From contig CAVTRC010000001.1 of assembly GCA_963737065.1 (NCBI GenBank), positions 1,216,001-1,280,000 on the forward strand: a stretch of 64,000 bases of DNA, written 5' to 3'. The notes below the pieces were generated by a model that was not told where the DNA came from, searched no databases, and saw only the letters and a program-made list of their open reading frames with translations. The translations under genes and the position numbers were made by a program. Positions 62,941 through 64,000 of this stretch are shown here, piece after piece (position 1 is the stretch's first letter; every line of letters begins with the position of its first letter). The stretch is from Candidatus Eremiobacteria bacterium. Its GTDB lineage: Bacteria > Vulcanimicrobiota > Vulcanimicrobiia > Vulcanimicrobiales > Vulcanimicrobiaceae.

Positions 62941-63705
62941 ATGATCGACAGCCACGCGCACATTCATGGTGACTCGTTTGCTGACGATCGTGCGGCGGTC
63001 GTTTCGCGCGCCAAAGAGGCGGGCGTTTCGCAGATCGTTACGGTGGGGTGCGATGTAGCTGACTCGCATCTCGCGCTCGATGTCGCGCGCGAGTTTGCGG
63101 TGTTTGCGTCGGCCGGTATTCATCCGCATGAGGCGAAAGATGCGCCGCCGGACATCGCCGCGGCGTTCCATCCGTTGCTCGCGGACCGCCGGGTGGTCGC
63201 CGTTGGCGAAACGGGGCTTGATTACTACTACGATCACAGTCCGCGCGACCGGCAGCAGCAGGTCTTACGCGAACAGATTCGCGTTGCCCGCGACGCCGGG
63301 CTTCCCGTTATCTTTCACCACCGCGACGCGTACGACGACTTCGTTTCGATACTGCGCGAAGAATGGACGACCGGCATGCGCGGCGTGGTTCATTGCTTCA
63401 CCGGCGACGTGCAACAGGCGCAGACCTATGTGAATGAATTTGGACTATCGCTCGGTATCGGCGGTGTGCTGACGTTCAATTCCGCGCACGCGGTGCGCGA
63501 AGCGGTACGAAGCGTCGGAATTGCGCCGCTGGTTTTGGAAACCGACTGTCCGTATCTCACGCCGGTACCGCATCGCGGCAAAAGAAACGAACCGATGTTC
63601 ATCCCCCTGGTCGCTCAGAAAATCGCGGAGATCCTCGACATGGACGTCGGCGCCGTTTCCCGGCTTACAGACGAAACGGCGCGCACATTGTTCAACCTCG
63701 CATAG
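62941..63705 (+). CDS. tatD: TatD family deoxyribonuclease
   Basis: IDSHAH, GIHPH, GETGLDY, HCFTG, ETDCPYL, RGKRNEP. Confidence 0.96.
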   Translation: MIDSHAHIHGDSFADDRAAVVSRAKEAGVSQIVTVGCDVADSHLALDVAREFAVFASAGIHPHEAKDAPPDIAAAFHPLLADRRVVAVGETGLDYYYDHSPRDRQQQVLREQIRVARDAGLPVIFHHRDAYDDFVSILREEWTTGMRGVVHCFTGDVQQAQTYVNEFGLSLGIGGVLTFNSAHAVREAVRSVGIAPLVLETDCPYLTPVPHRGKRNEPMFIPLVAQKIAEILDMDVGAVSRLTDETARTLFNLA

Positions 63706-63982
63706 CGGGAACCGACGCGGACCAACGCGAGTCGAAGGCGTCGCGTAGATGCGCGAGTATCGCCGTGTCGTCGGTGCGCATGCCCCAATCGAGCTGATCG
63801 GGATGGTCGAACGCGGCGGTCGCGTTGGTCGAACCCAGCCATCCGCGCGCTTCGCCGACGACGGCGAGCTTTTCGTCGGCTTCGCAAACGGCCACTTGTG
63901 CTCCGTCGTGGACGAGACGATCGATTGCGCTTTTTTCGTTTGCATTTCCGTCCAATTCGCGATCTGCTACGAGGACACTCAC
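63692..63982 (-). CDS. hypothetical protein
   Basis: 96-aa ORF with GGAG RBS, convergent on tatD; GSTNAT resembles the tail of a PLD-like motif, but no HxK was seen. Confidence 0.45.
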   Translation of the reverse strand: MSVLVADRELDGNANEKSAIDRLVHDGAQVAVCEADEKLAVVGEARGWLGSTNATAAFDHPDQLDWGMRTDDTAILAHLRDAFDSRWSASVPAMRG

Positions 63983-64000
63983 GTGCGCTCCACGTTTCGC

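Overview
GC-rich bacterial chromosomal window. The gene content (Oar-like TonB receptor, secretin-containing Tad locus, rsmI-metG-tatD synteny) suggests a diderm terrabacterial lineage such as Ca. Eremiobacterota; this is inference only. Most genes are housekeeping, transport or redox genes (msrA, proline dehydrogenase, OPT, peroxiredoxin/redoxin, nadA-nadC, pepP, ABC transporter, rsmI, metG, tatD). Four things stand out. (1) A compact candidate thioamide-RiPP locus at 18-24 kb: a single-chain TfuA-YcaO fusion, a SAM methyltransferase, a 92-aa Nif11-like precursor whose C-terminus resembles the McrA thioglycine peptide, and a convergent AAA-LuxR regulator. (2) A nested mobile island at 25.5-31.05 kb: IS1595 remnants carrying an RHH/Doc toxin-antitoxin pair, interrupted by an IS21 (5-bp TSD CGTGC), which is itself interrupted by an intact IS110. 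The IS110 non-coding end folds into a two-loop bridge RNA whose target guides match the IS21 terminal repeat and whose donor guides match its own circle junction. (3) A divergent Tad/Flp pilus locus with a CpaE-CpaF fusion, two prepilin peptidases and a coupled GT-C glycosyltransferase. (4) An unannotated ~200-nt structured RNA candidate with its own promoter and terminator at 13.36-13.56 kb. Start codons were refined by eye and are approximate. No database searches were run.
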